64,000 bases of DNA from Podarcis erhardii (taxonomy: Eukaryota). A program made the position numbers and the translations under genes. Shown piece after piece: positions 1 through 13,180 of this stretch. The notes below the pieces were generated by a model, which did no database searches, was not told where the DNA came from, and saw only the letters and a program-made list of their open reading frames with translations. The first letter of the stretch is position 1. The number at the start of each line of letters is the position of its first letter. The DNA is taken from the NCBI GenBank assembly GCA_964252035.1, contig OZ176200.1; one strand, 5' to 3'.

Positions 1-714
1 CATATGAATGAAAACTCCCTATATTAATATTGCATGCGTGTGGTCCTTGTTGTTCTCTGATCATGTTATTGACTCAAAACAGCTCTGGAGTATTTAATTT
101 CAGTTGAATTACAATTCCAGATGGAAGCACTTGGGAGAGCAGCTTGACCGAGAACTCTTGTTATAGGTTGGGGTGTGTGTGCTAATTTACATATAAATTG
201 CAAATTCCATGGACACATAGGGGAAAAACCCCCACAAATAAGCAGATCTGTGTTTCATACCATAAAAGTGCATGCACAAATCTCTGTAGCTTCCAAGATA
301 TACAGTACTGTAAGTGTTCACAAAGCATAGCTTACAGATTTAAAAATGTATTAGCCGCAGGGATCATGCTGGAATGGGATGGTGGAGGAGATGTCCCTAC
401 TTAAGAATTACTAGTTACTAGTTATAAAGGCAAAAAAGGCTGTGTTATGGGTGATCAAATCTGAAGTACTTGAACATGGCATCACTTGTGCTTGTCCCAT
501 GCCAAAAAAGTATGTCTCTGAGCGGTTTCCTGCTTGTTCCATGCTTTTAGGCATGGATCCAAGCAGTTTTGTCTTTGCCATGCTGCTTTCCCCTGGAAAA
601 CCCACTCTTTGCGTGCCCAGACAGAGACTCCCAAGACACCACCAGAAGAAATAATGACTCATGACAATGTGTTATGGAATTAAAATTGGCCACAACTTTA
701 TTGAACCTTTCAGA

Positions 715-1545
715 TGTAGGAAGACCTTGGCTTAGGCATTGGACGTCTATCCCCCCCAGCCCCCCCAGCTGGGGAACTGGGACTCCTCAGGGTTAAATGG
801 ATCTGGGGAGGGTGCACTGCAAGACGCTTGTGTACGCAGGCAGCCCCCCTCCCCATTTCCACGCAATGCAGGGGAGTTCACTGACAACCTTTTAGTGTAT
901 GGCCAGTGACTCAACTCAAAACCCCTTTAACGGGGAACCCTGGAATCGCTGCCGTGTGTGTGTGTGTGACCACTTCATGCCTTCCCTCCCCCATTTAGGG
1001 AAGATAGACTAAAGGATTCCGACCAAGGCCTAAAATCGCCACCTGAGACCACAAACTTGCAGTCTCACCGCCAAGACTATGTACACCTGAAAACACATTA
1101 GCAATCCGACAATCATTCTTTTAAGCCATGCCTAATGTCATCCAGCCAGTGTTCATTTCCCGAGGTGGTGAGGTGCACTCTGTCGGGTCTGAAAAGTTCC
1201 AATCTGTTGGTTTTAATGTCCAAATGCTTCACAACTCTGCCTCCGATATGCAAGATTGCCAAGCGGATGGCCCTGTTAATTTTTTCCACCGTGTAATACA
1301 ACTCAAGCGAACCAGAGGGAAGCCTGTCCACACATGGTCCGCTCGGCTTGCCCCACCCCCACAAGCCACCAATTGGACAGTTTAAACCAGGGTTTGGTGG
1401 GAACTCCAACCAGCCCAACCAGCTGGTGAGTCCCACATGGCCTGGGGGTGCTGCGCGCCGCAAAGGGTGCCCACAGAAGGAGGTGTGAGCGTTCATTAGT
1501 GCTAAATCAGAACAAACTGCCGTCAATTCTAGTGTTTGCATTTAG
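715..1545 (-). mobile_element. Degenerate retroelement fragment with SGNH-hydrolase-like C-terminus (DIRS/Ngaro-like or LINE ORF1 esterase)
   Basis: ORF 1113..1541 ends KINRAI...GGRVVKH...LFRPDRVHLTTSGNEHWL, resembling the D-x-x-H block V of SGNH hydrolases; GC-richer than flanks. Boundaries approximate. Confidence 0.45.
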
Positions 1546-1674
1546 CCTCCCATCACTATATATCTCAAGATTTCATTAGTTTCATAAAATGTAACTATGA
1601 TGTTCACAGCCTCAAGAAAAATAAATGGAAGCTGGTTCTTTGAGTAAAGCATTACTACTCAAATGAAACTTTGA

Positions 1675-1676
<2 letters not shown>

Positions 1677-1724
<48 letters not shown>
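1677..1724. repeat. (TC)24 microsatellite
   Basis: Read directly. Confidence 0.97.
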
Positions 1725-1727
<3 letters not shown>

Positions 1728-2003
1728 CACAGTTACATGGGCGACTCCCACAGCTTTTGACCATGTAAATTCAACACCAAACCTATTGATCCATCACAAA
1801 TAGACCCTATGATTGTAAAGATTATGTATGGTTCCTATAGCTCTGGCAAGGGGCCTATTCTTAGACATTTTACAGCATGAATAACTGAATGATACAATGT
1901 TTATTATATACATAATGCATGGCTCTGGCATGCAGTTGCCACTGTGAATGAATAAGCCTTTTTGCCAATTAACATTCCCCTCCCCCACCCCTTTTGTGTC
2001 TAG

Positions 2004-2105
2004 TTATCAGAAAAACTGCAAGATACAGAAAATGAAGCTATGGCAAAGATTGTGGAACTGGAAAAACAACTCATGCAGAGGAACAAAGAACTGGATGTCG
2101 TTCGA
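2004..2105 (+). CDS. FMNL2: FMNL2 internal coding exon (coiled coil after FH3): [34 protein letters not shown]
   Basis: tctag acceptor, CGA|gtaagt donor, 102 nt phase 0-0; peptide recognised as formin-like 2. Earlier exons lie upstream of the window. Confidence 0.95.
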
Positions 2106-2726
2106 GTAAGTGTACTGAGTGCGGATTGTGCTGCTCAGGGTGCTCACTGGATGGTCAGCCAAGTTCCTCACAAGTATGTTAGACTCTAAAAACATGGAAA
2201 CTGCTAGATTCACTGTTTTTCCCACAGTTGGCTACAGTTCAGTTTACTTGCAGTCTGCAGAAGTGATTTAATCCTGAAGTTGGATCAATGAAGGTTTATA
2301 ACACTTGGTTCCTTTCTGTGAGTCTCTTAGCCATGGAATGGGATAAAAGGAAACAAGCCGATATTCTGTCACTAGTATCTTCCACCAGAAGTCAGGCAAT
2401 CCAACCCAGAACACAATAGGATCTTATTGGCTTAATGGATTGGGTGTGCCAATAGTACATATCATAGAGTCTTCATTACCCTAGGAAATAATTTAAACCT
2501 TCCTGATATTGCCAGTTTGTGCCCATGATCGAGGTTCCTTATCCAACTTATTAAAGGAAAACGCAGTTTGGATGAAGATAAAGTGAGAAGTGCATTTGCC
2601 GCCACCATCAAACATTGCCTGACAATGACTCAGCTGGGAATCCCATGTTATGTTGTTCGTTCAGTTTTGAGATGATTCTGCATGTCAAACACATGTCGAT
2701 TCTTTACCCGTGGCCTCTTTTTGTAG

Positions 2727-3042
2727 GAAATATACAAGGATGCGAACACACAGGTTCACACGCTGAGGAAAATGGTCAAAGAGAAAGAGGAAGCTATTCA
2801 ACGACAGTCAACGCTGGAGAAGAAGATCCATGAACTGGAGAAGCAAGGGTCCATTAAAATTCAGAAGAAAGGAGATGGTGATATCAACATTCTTCCTGTT
2901 GGGGTGGCTTCTGGGACATTGCCCTCAGGGGCAGAAGCTGCCACAGGCACCTGTGGAGGATCAGCTTCTGGCTCTGCACCTTCGGTTCTCTTGCCCCCTC
3001 CACCACCACCCTTGCCGTTGTCAGAATCAGAATCGGAAGCAG
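2727..3042 (+). CDS. FMNL2: FMNL2 exon [22 protein letters not shown]...[16 protein letters not shown] (start of FH1)
   Basis: ttgtag acceptor, GCAG|gtgag donor, 316 nt phase 0-1; overlaps ORF 2772..3083. Confidence 0.95.
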
Positions 3043-3789
3043 GTGAGAAATGTTGCAGAAGAAATGAGATTTGCTCAACTTAAGGTAGTGGGGGTTAGCC
3101 TATTCTCCCACAGTACATCAGACCATACATGAAAGAGGCTGGGACCCAATCCAGAGAAAGCTGGATGCAGTGAATCAAGTCACACTTAAGTGTTCACTGG
3201 CTATCTAGGCATCTTACCTTAAAAATATTTAATTAGAAATTAATTCCCTCGAAATCAATATGGTCTACTCCCAAATAAATAACTTTATGATTAGACTGTT
3301 GTTGAAGTGTGCCAAACTGGCTCTGGATTACACCCTATGTCTTCATCATCATGACAAGTTAGTGAACTTAATAATAATAAAAAGCAGTGGCAGTAATTGT
3401 TATTACTATAAGTAGTTATCACTACGACGACTACTACTGCTAGTTGTAGTATTAGGTATATGACACAATGCAGAGTAACATAAGCATGAAAACAGAGTGA
3501 TTCCCCTACCCTGAGGAGTTTATCTAATCCTATTCTCAACTTCCATCCTCTTCACTTTTGCTAAACTTGCCATCTTGTGTTTGAGGTCCATTCTACACAT
3601 TGCATGATTTGCAAGGGTCTGCAAAATAACATCTATTTGGCAGCTTCTCTACTCTGCAGGCACAATGTATAGCAAAGTTCACCATGTGGATTGCCTGTAG
3701 TTGAGAGAACTCCCTTGGGGTGTGGGAGGGAGGCGGACATAGTTTGGTTGAATACTTTAAAATGCTGTTTTGTCTTTTTCATTTCTCAG

Positions 3790-3984
3790 TTCAAAATGGT
3801 CCTGTGACACCGCCAATGCCTCCTCCCCCTCCACCGCCTCCTCCCCCTCCTCCCCCACCTCCTCTTCCTGGCCCAGCTGCAGAACCAGGACTGGCCCCTC
3901 CAGTCCCACCCCCACCCCCACCATCAGCGCCTCCTCTTCCGGGAACAGCCTCCCCTACAGTCGTTTTCAACTCAGGATTAGCAG
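3790..3984 (+). CDS. FMNL2: FMNL2 FH1 polyproline exon ([14 protein letters not shown]...VVFNSGLA)
   Basis: ctcag acceptor, GCAG|gtaag donor, 195 nt phase 1-1; ORF 3720..4175. Confidence 0.95.
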
Positions 3985-4279
3985 GTAAGAAGCAGCCAGT
4001 GTTGCTGGCGTGCCGTGGAAGTCCTATACACAATACAAAAAATGTCCTTGGTCAAAGAGGAATGAGTCAGAATGGATGTAATGAAAAAGTGCTCCAAAGT
4101 CTTCATTGCTTAATGAATCAAGGTGTCCCAGTGCTGCAAAACCTTAGCTGCAGCAGTGAATTAAAAGCAAAATAACTTTCTAAAGAAATGACAAATCTCT
4201 GTGTTGTTTTGCTGCATCTTCTCAAAGGAGAGATGGTGAGCACCTGATGGAGCCAATACAAAGGTTGAACACTTAAGAC

Positions 4280-4280
<1 letters not shown>

Positions 4281-4329
<49 letters not shown>

Positions 4330-4496
4330 TTATTTATACTCCGCCCATCTGGCTGAGTTTCCCCAGCCACTCTGGGCGGCTCCCAATCAAGTGTTAAAAA
4401 CAGTACAGCGTTAAATATTAAAAACTTCCCTGAACAGGGCTGCCTTAAGATGTCTTCTGAATGTCAGGTAGTTGTTTATCTCTTTGACATCTGATG
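4281..4496 (-). mobile_element. L2 LINE 3' end with (TAA)n tail
   Basis: tttatttatactccgcccatctggctgagtttccccagccactctgggcggc next to a 49-nt TAA repeat; second copy at 25031-25150. Confidence 0.75.
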
Positions 4497-5549
4497 ATTC
4501 CCATCCCTCCCTCACCATTCTGCAGATTATGAGTAGCTAGCAGAAAAATGCTTTGATTTTAAACGGAGGCTTTATACTGTTGCTACAATCCCTTCATGTT
4601 ATCTCACTGGTGGTGGAAAAGTGTTAGATGCCTCGCCTCAAACACTGAATCCAAATCTCCAAATCTGGGGTTCTGAAGATAGGAGGCAGACATCTCTCAG
4701 AAAAGTGTGAGTGGGTTTGCTAAGGAACTGAGCAAGCGATTGAATATTTGTTGGTATTTTACAGTTTAGGTCATGGAACAATATGATAATTGCAGACTTA
4801 GAAAGCCCAGGTACTATCCCTAATATATATATGTTTAAAAGCAGGTGGCTGGTTCTTTATTTTAAACCTTCTCTGATATCCCTTAAAAACAGGCAGAATT
4901 TGGATGCCTCTGTGCCACTGAGAAATTTATTTGGAATAACAGTAGCTTGAAGTAGCCAAGGCTAAAGCACTCAAATGAATGTGTGTTCCCCCCGCCCCAC
5001 CTTCCTCTTCCTGCATTGAGTCCAACATCAGCAGTTGCTCATCCTCTGATAGTAGAGGTGAACTTGGAAGATGAGAGATTCAATTTCTGGTTCTTCAGTG
5101 GCATTGCACTGGCTGTGTAGCTCCAGCCTGTTCCCCCTCCCCCTTCAATTTACAACCCTTGGCTTGGTTTTGTCATTAGTCACAACCCTCTTTGCAAATC
5201 TGATGTTCATTCAGCCTGCTAATACTCTTATCTATTGCCTCACTGCAATTAATACAGTTTCTGTTGACTTGAGCACAATTTGGAAGAATTAAAAAAATCG
5301 TGAATCAGGCCAGCCCATTAACATCCCTGGACAAAACTTCATTAATGAAGAAAGACCCTCAACATAGTTGGAAAACTTAACACCACAGTTCTGGGTTTGG
5401 TCCTGAGGCTGAATCTAGAGCCATTTTTGATGTCTTATTGAAAATGACAGCCACTGGGAACTGAAATTAATTCAGAATAGCTGGGTTTTGATCTCCTGCC
5501 TGTATATGAAGGAAATATGTTGCAGGGGGAAATCTAACAAAATAAAATA

Positions 5550-5830
5550 AAAAACAGCCTGGCTGGATCATGCCAATGGCCCATCTAGTCCAGCATTCTG
5601 TTCTTACAGTGGTCAACCAGATGCCTGTTTGAAGCACACAAACAGGACCTGAATGCCACAGAACTCTCTCCTTTGGTTTCTAGCAACTGGTATTCAGAAG
5701 CATACTGCCTCCCACAGTGGAGATGGAACATAGTCCATCAGATTAGTAGCCACTGACAGCCTTAGCCTCCCTGAATTTCTCTAGACCTATTTTAAAGGCA
5801 TCCAAGTTGGTGGCCATCTCTGCTCCTTTT
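5550..5830 (-). mobile_element. CR1 LINE 3' fragment
   Basis: gctggatcatgccaatggcccatctagtccagc...actggtattcagaagcatactgcctc, the reverse of the squamate CR1 3' end. Confidence 0.7.
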
Positions 5831-5871
5831 GGGAAACATATTGGTGCTTCAGGAAACGAATGCTCCATATA

Positions 5872-6097
5872 CAGTGGTACCTCAGGTTAAGTACTTAATT
5901 CGTTCTGGAGGTCCGTTCTTAACCTGAAACTGTTCTTAACCTGAAGCACCACTTTAGCTAATGGGGCCTCCTGCTGCTGCCACGCCGCCGGAGCCCGATT
6001 TCTGTTCTCATCCTGAAGCAAAGTTCTTAACCCGAGGTAATATTTCTGGGTTAGTGGAGTCTGTAACCTGAAGCGTATGTAACCCGAGGTACCACTG
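5872..6097. mobile_element. Tc1/mariner MITE, 226 bp
   Basis: TIRs CAGTGGTACCTC...GAGGTACCACTG flanked by TA on both sides. Confidence 0.9.
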
Positions 6098-8516
6098 TAT
6101 TGGGCTTCAGTAGTTTATTTGTTGGTAAACTAATTCTAGGTTATTGTTTTGGCTTAATTCTTTATGGCTTTGTTTGCAATCTCCCCATATAAATAAGTTG
6201 GGTAAAGTGTAGCTTCCAAGTAATACTGTTTACTGCAGAATTAATATGGTACTGGACCATCCAACAATGGATGCTACCTTTTGTTTGATACTTAAATGAA
6301 ATCCATAGAAGGCTTTTGGTGGGCACATGCCTCATCCATTGCTGTTCTGCTACACTAAGATAACCTCAAGTAGGAAAATGCAATTTACCTTAACGGGTGA
6401 TGTTAGGTAAATACCTGTTACCATGGGTAGGCTGCCCGGTCCATAAACTCTATACGCCTAAGTGCAATTGATTATTTCTGTGTAGAAAAATGATAATGTG
6501 TGAAGTGGTATTCAGGAGCCCTGATTTGTGATAATAGATTGTTCTATTAAATGACTTACGTAACCATAGCTAACCTTTTTCTTATTTATTCCCTCTGCTT
6601 CCTTGTAAGATGGGCCAATCAAGCTTTTCTGTAGGTTCCTTTTTGCTGAGTATTTTAAGTACATTTTAATCCCATTTTCTGCTGTCTTCTTTTCCTGTCT
6701 TGTTAACCAAATCCATTTGTGTATCACTTTAAAAACTAGCTCGCTGTGTTTTTGCATTCTCCGAAAGCGTGGGATGTTTGTTTGACTTGTTGTGGTGCAA
6801 AAGCTCTGTTTAGGAGAAAAGGGGTTTCCTAACAACTCTCCGCACCCTTAACAAGCTATACTTCTTAAGATTGATTGGGGGGAGCCATGACTGTTTAAAG
6901 TTGTATCATTGCTGTTTTCTATGTGTGGTGTGTATGTGGCCTTGGTTTTTCCATAAAATAGAAACTCTAGGGTATTCTAAGGCATATCATTGCATGCAGC
7001 ATTGCATCTTATGTTAGAGACTCATCAAGATCAATCACTTGGCTACCTTCAAACAGAAATATTCTTAATATACCTTCCCTTCGTGATGTCACCGCACATC
7101 CAAACAAGTGCATCTTTTAAGCAAATGAGAAGTAGCTTCAGACCTTTGAGTGGATAGTGACATCATCACATAATATCGGGCTCACTGCCTATCAAATTGT
7201 AATTCGCAGCTCCAGTTTTGACAGCTGACAAAAGATGTGTGGAAATTTGCATTATAGGGGAAGGGGGGGGGGAAGGATAGATAATAAGCTATTTGGGGTG
7301 TACACATTCCCAGTCATCATACGTGAACAGTAGTGTCCTTTGGGAATGTGAGTTTGCCCATGGTAAAATTCACTAGGTATGCTTTGCTTGACGGTGGACA
7401 TAACAACTGCATGTTTCCAACTTCACTTTCCTGGCTAAGTAGCATCTTCAAAACTGGAGGAGTAAGAAGCAGGGGCTTCTTGACTGTGTGAAGCTTGCAA
7501 AAATGTTAACAATTCACTAATTTAGTTTTAAATTCATGCTGTCAAATTGATAAACTGCTTGTCCCACTAAATAATAATACACATTGTGGCAAAATAAGCT
7601 AGGATTTTCTCTGGCAATACTTGATACTACCGTTGTAGCGCAGGATTTTATCTACTGTTGCAAAACACTGTGCATTGGAATCTGCACACTGTGTGTCCAG
7701 TTTCAAACTGGAGTTGGTCCTCAATGACATGAAGGTGAGGAAGGAGCTGGTTGAGTTGATTAATTAACCAAATTGCTTAAAGCTTCAGAACCAATTTAAA
7801 ACTTCTGCTGTAATTGATGTTTTCAGTGGCAAATGTTCTCTAGAATGTCATTTCCTGAATTTTATGTGCACATCCCCTGAACTTCATGAAGATTAATGCT
7901 TACAGTGAATGAGTTACTAATTGCTGGATATTTCCAGCGATGGACATTTAATCAGTCCCCTTGGCTCTTAGGGTTAGGAAGTTTCTCCACCCCTTAGTAA
8001 TTAACCTAAATTTTCCTGCTTCAGCTTATTATTCTTTGTCCACTGGTTAATGGGGAAGGCATGTCTTCAGAGCTGCTTTGGAAAAAGTAGTAGACAATCA
8101 CAATGAGAGATGGTCAAAGTAACAAATAATCCAAGAAATTATTGTGCCGAGACTGGAGAGTGTTCCTTTACTGTGTAAAACACAGACTCTGGATTCTTTT
8201 AATCTGCAGCGTAGTTTCCCTGGTGGCTGCTGTCAATTCCAATTGCTTATATTCAGCTTAGAGCTTCTCTTCTTGCATTTCCAAAACACCACTTGCTTGT
8301 TTAGGATTGAGGGCTCATCCACGCTTGCCTTTTGCCCTGTACTTTCTAGGCACAGGTCTGCATTTTCCTGGTCTGTGACTGAGTGCTTCCCCCCACCCTT
8401 GCTGCTTTCCTCAGGAAAACCCAATCTTTACTGCTGAATTGGAGCAAGCAGCAATTAGGGTTTTCCACGAAGTTGTTTTTAGTGGCAAAGAATGGGAGTT
8501 TGTGGAGGAAGGACCG

Positions 8517-8554
8517 GGAAGGAAGGAAGGAAGGAAGGAAGGAAGGAAGGAAGG
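8517..8554. repeat. (GGAA)n microsatellite
   Basis: Read directly. Confidence 0.95.
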
Positions 8555-9027
8555 TGGAAAACATTTAGACACAGACCTGGAAAGCTTGGACCTGTTGCTA
8601 GAAATGTGGAGCGAAGCGAAGTGTGGATGAGCCCTGAGTGAGGTTTTCAGCATGGTTATGGACTTTAAACTGGTAGCCCCAGTGAATCAGTGACACATGA
8701 TGCAAATGTAACATGCAACAACTTGGACACTTTATTGATTGATTGTCCAAACGGCCCCAGGGTGTGTTACCAAAAAATAGTATAATTAAAAGCAAATGCA
8801 AACTTTAAAATCCTAGAATAAAACCCAAAACAACCAATGGCAGAACAGCAATCCACAGCAGTACTGTGGGATGACATCCACTCAGAAAAAAGGCCTTTGT
8901 GAAGAAGTGCATCTTGACCAATCACTGAAAGGCTTGCAGTAATGACACAAGACGTGCCTCAGGGTGGAGTTAATTCCACAACCTGGGGGCCAACACAGAG
9001 AAGGCCCTTTCATGTGCCACTGCCATG

Positions 9028-9105
9028 AAGAATCATATTATCGTAGAGTTGGAAGGGACCCTGTGGATCATCCAGTTCAACCCCCTGCAGTGCAGAAATT
9101 TCAAC
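9028..9105 (-). mobile_element. CR1/CR1-SINE 3' tail
   Basis: aatcat...tagagttggaagggacc...tccagttcaaccccctgcagtgcagaaattt; similar tails at 13121-13180 and 61570-61655. Confidence 0.7.
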
Positions 9106-10328
9106 ACGTGCTCCCCCCCGGACCCTGCTTAGCTTTGCAAATGTGCTAGCAGTTTTATTGCTGCATGAACCACAGAAGGAGGCAGCACTGCCAACAAGGC
9201 CTCCCCTGCTTAACACCTGGGCAAGTTGACGTGGGAGGAGAAGCTCCTTTAGCTGTCATGACACTGATCATGCTAAATAAAGGTACAGATCACACATTTG
9301 CAATCCTAATCAACAGATGCATGTTTGTGTGTACTCGCTTGCTTTTAAAATCTGGAAGGTGTTGTAAGTGCAACATATCACAATATTTTCCTGCTGGGAA
9401 TTGGCAGTCTCCCGGCTCATGTCCATCACTCCATAAATGTGGCTGACACCTGACTTTCACATCTTCTAGATGCTTTGCAATAAACCTCATCCCTATCTGT
9501 TAATTCTCGTGTGGGCATTTGGGCACCACCACCTTTCATGAGAGAAAAATACCATATACTCACACTTAGTTTCTTTAATGGAAATGCTGAACCAGAGAAG
9601 CCTTTGAGCAATCGCTCCAACTTCAAATAAGACAGAAAATGAGCTGCTCACTACAGGAAGGGGAGGAGCTCACATCTGGAAAATGATGAGGTTTTCTGCC
9701 TCTTAAATGGAGTGAGGCTAGACAGCACTCACCGGTTGGTACCTTAGTGCCCACTCAGAAACAGTATTTGGTTGAGTACCACTGGTGCCTTTTACACATT
9801 TAATGGAGACTGGAAACTTGAGTCATGTTTCTATGATTTTTAGGTAAATGTATGGTTATTCTTCCTTAAATAGGCAACTCCACATGATTTCATCCAATAA
9901 TCAGGCAATGTTTGTGTGTTGGGTTAATTTTAGTGCAGTCAGAAGAATAATAGTAGACCATCACAGGACGTAGCTAAAATCACATGGGTAAACAGAGTAC
10001 AATTTTTAAGACTTCCTGTAGTGATTGAATCATGTGTTCTCATCAAATATAGGGAAAATAGGCACAATTGTACCAAAACATGCTTGTTCTTGTCAAACCT
10101 TTGTATGAATGATAGGCAAACTTCCTGAATTAGAGAGAGAAATTGTCTCTTCTCTTCAAGCTTTCTAGCCAGCCCAAATTTTCCCCAACACTTTACAGTA
10201 TTTGTTTACTTCTTGTCAGGCCTCCTCCAGTGTTGAAGTGCCATCCCCCATAAGTACTTCTGGATTGCTCAAGAGGCTTGTTGCCTTTTTTCTGAAATGT
10301 GTAATTGTACTCTCTGCTTTCTTTAAAG

Positions 10329-10453
10329 CTGTGAAAATCAAGAAGCCAATTAAGACAAAGTTCCGCATGCCAGTTTTTAACTGGGTGGCTCTGAAACCCA
10401 ATCAGATTAATGGGACAGTCTTCAATGAAATTGATGACGAAAGGATATTGGAG
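10329..10453 (+). CDS. FMNL2: FMNL2 FH2 start exon ([24 protein letters not shown]...ERILE)
   Basis: taaag acceptor, GAG|gtatga donor, 125 nt phase 1-0. Confidence 0.95.
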
Positions 10454-10868
10454 GTATGAGACCTGCAGATTGTGATTTGGTGTTCTCTGTCTGTCTGTGT
10501 TTTGGAAGTTACTGTATCCTGTTAAAAAGCTATTTTTAAAAAGCTGTTAAAAAAGTTATTTTGACCTTGCATCATACATACCTAAAAAGTTTTAAACACT
10601 CCAATGACCTCAGTAATCACTCTGTTTGATGGTCTTGTTGACATTAAGGTAACTAGAGTCCTATTCTGCTGTGCTACGTGCAGTATTTTTGCTAATCTTG
10701 CAATGGACCAAGAAACTTTGCAGAGCATCAAAGCCTTCTCCTCGTCACACAGTCACCTCCCCCTTTCCCAGTGCACTACAGCTTCTACACTTTTCATTAA
10801 TTGCATTTCCCCCCCATTCGACATAGATTTCTAGACTCCTTCTTGTTTCTGTTTGGTTTCTGTCCTAG

Positions 10869-11068
10869 GATTTAAATGTGGATGAATTTGAAGAAATATT
10901 CAAGACAAAAGCCCAAGGCCCGGCCATTGATCTTTCTTCAAGCAAGCAAATAACTCAAAAGGGATCGAACAAAGTCACGCTATTGGAAGCAAACAGGGCT
11001 AAAAATCTTGCGATCACCTTAAGGAAAGCTGGAAAGACTGCAGATGAGATATGCAAAGCTATTCAGGC
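10869..11068 (+). CDS. FMNL2: FMNL2 FH2 exon ([16 protein letters not shown]...EICKAIQ)
   Basis: cctag acceptor, GC|gtaagt donor, 200 nt phase 0-2. Confidence 0.95.
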
Positions 11069-12748
11069 GTAAGTGTAAAGGCCGTTTTACAAAGGTGGTT
11101 TGAGGCACGTTGTATTAATTGGTCAGCAGTATTTCTGCAAGTTGCTTAGATCCAAGGAAGATCCTCATATGCCATTAATGCTTATATATACAGTTGATCA
11201 CCATAAAGCTGTTAAGCTGTGCACCCTTTTCTGGAGTAAGCCCGTTGGATTTTGCTTACTCTGCATATATCACAGTAACACAGGGCAGGATTCACCTAAT
11301 GAATCCAGTCAGTGGAAGCCCTGAACAAAGACTTCTACTTGTGCAATGGGACTCCCCCCCCAATTACACCCCCCCTCCCAAACTGGTCTTGGGGGTTGGG
11401 AGAACCCCCAGAACAATGTGCATTGTTCATCTGGGAAGCTGAAACGCTTGCTGTGATGGAAGGACTGCCTTTACGCAATGTTGAATTCCTTCCATTATGA
11501 GAACTGTAAAAAGCAACTGGTGGTTTTCTGAAAAATGTTGTTCGTATTTTTCATCTATAATTCTTGTCATGCAAGGCTTTCATTTCTAGCAGCAATTTAA
11601 ACACTATTGTGAGATAAATATGGTAGCTATTAAAGGAATGGGAAAGGGTTAGGTTACCCCCCCTCCCCTTCACAGTGTTTGAATTGAGTCCAAGTGTCTT
11701 GAATGAAATGCAGATTGGTGTTGTGGTGTTTAGGCTGCGTCTGCAAATACTCAACTGGCAATAATAAAATGATCCAGTAAAACACTTTTAAAGTACCTGA
11801 AAGCCATAATGCTAAAAACACTTCAGTGCAATGGTCATGCTGACAGCCATTCGTTTTTAAAGTCTTGCAGAAGCTGTCTTGCAGGAATGTGCTTTGCATT
11901 TCTTTCAGAAGAGTGGAGTGCAGACTGATTTCCTGCAATAAACCATTCTCTGTGTTTGAGGTTACCACAGTGAAGGCGCTCCTTTCTCCTATATCCTCCC
12001 TCTTCCATTAATGTACAAATTCTTAGCTGAGCTTGCTGGGAGATGCTACAGGGCTGTGGGAGCACTTCCTAAAAGAGGAAGCACACACCCAAATTAAGGA
12101 GCATGAAAGGTCAAAACCAGCATTTTGAGATTCAGTGCAAATGGCACCCGTGTGTAGGCTACAAATCTCAATTAAAGGGATATGCCTTTTTTCTGCTTCT
12201 ATTTACATAAAGTTCATTATGCTTGTTGCAATCGTGCTCTTTTAGCAGCTTTAAAAATACGATTACTTGGTTTTCAGGGTGCTTCTCAGAGCAATATATA
12301 AAAAGCAACCAAGAGAGTTCTCAGTGCAGTCCTAACCATCTATATTCAGAATTTTAAAAATCCCAAGTGCCGCTTCACACTTAATATGGTAATTGTTTGC
12401 TGCGATTGTACCTGGCTTACAGTGGTGTTTCCTACAGCAAATACGTAAAATGTCAGTAACTTGTGCATGTCTTTCACTTACAGATACCCATATTCAAGTA
12501 CTTAGGGACACACATCTATTCACACTTTGCATATTGACTGCCAAAATTGCCAGTGTGAAATAATTGCGCCCACAGTTAACTTGATTATTGCATTAAGTAT
12601 GCTTTGTCTGTAGAATTGATTAGTAGCTCTAATAAGATGCATTGATAGAGGAACTCAGTGAAAACAGAGCTCTCTCCCTCTTCCTTCCCTGTAAACATCT
12701 CTTCTTTTAAATATATTTATATATTTATATATTTTTGCATTTGGCCAG

Positions 12749-12983
12749 GTTTGATTTGAAGACTCTACCAGTGGATTTTGTCGAATGCCTGATGAGATTT
12801 TTGCCCACGGAAAATGAAGTGAAAATGTTGCGGCTTTATGAGCGGGAGAGGAAGCCCCTTGAGAACCTCTCAGATGAGGATCGTTTCATGATGCAGTTCA
12901 GCAAGATTGAGAGGCTGATGCAAAAGATGACCATCATGGCATTCGTTGGCAATTTTGCAGAAAGCATCCAGATGCTGACTCCA
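12749..12983 (+). CDS. FMNL2: FMNL2 FH2 exon ([17 protein letters not shown]...SIQMLTP)
   Basis: gccag acceptor, CCA|gtgagt donor, 235 nt phase 2-0. Confidence 0.95.
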
Positions 12984-13120
12984 GTGAGTGAGATGGGGAG
13001 AGTAGCTCCTTCTTGAATGGAATTCCATGGTGTGGCTTATGCATGTGCTACGTTCCTTTTGGAGCAGTTACTTTTAGTCTAGTTGTTTGTTAGAGATGGG
13101 CTGAAGTTATCCCCTGCTTG

Positions 13121-13180
13121 ATCATAGAATTGTAGAGTTGGAAGGGAACCCAAGGGCCAACTCCCCACAGTGCAGGAATA
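13121..13180 (-). mobile_element. CR1/CR1-SINE 3' tail
   Basis: atcatagaattgtagagttggaagggaaccc...cagtgcaggaat. Confidence 0.65.

Noticed and set aside
3791-4033. Minus-strand poly-glycine ORF
   Set aside because: Antisense of the FMNL2 FH1 exon.
4161-4370. Poly-Leu ORF (also poly-Leu/Arg at 16936-17237) suggesting a signal peptide or TM helix
   Set aside because: Translation of (TAA)n and (CTT)n retroelement tails.
8383-8653. ORFs with RKEG or FLPS repeats
   Set aside because: Produced by the (GGAA)n microsatellite.
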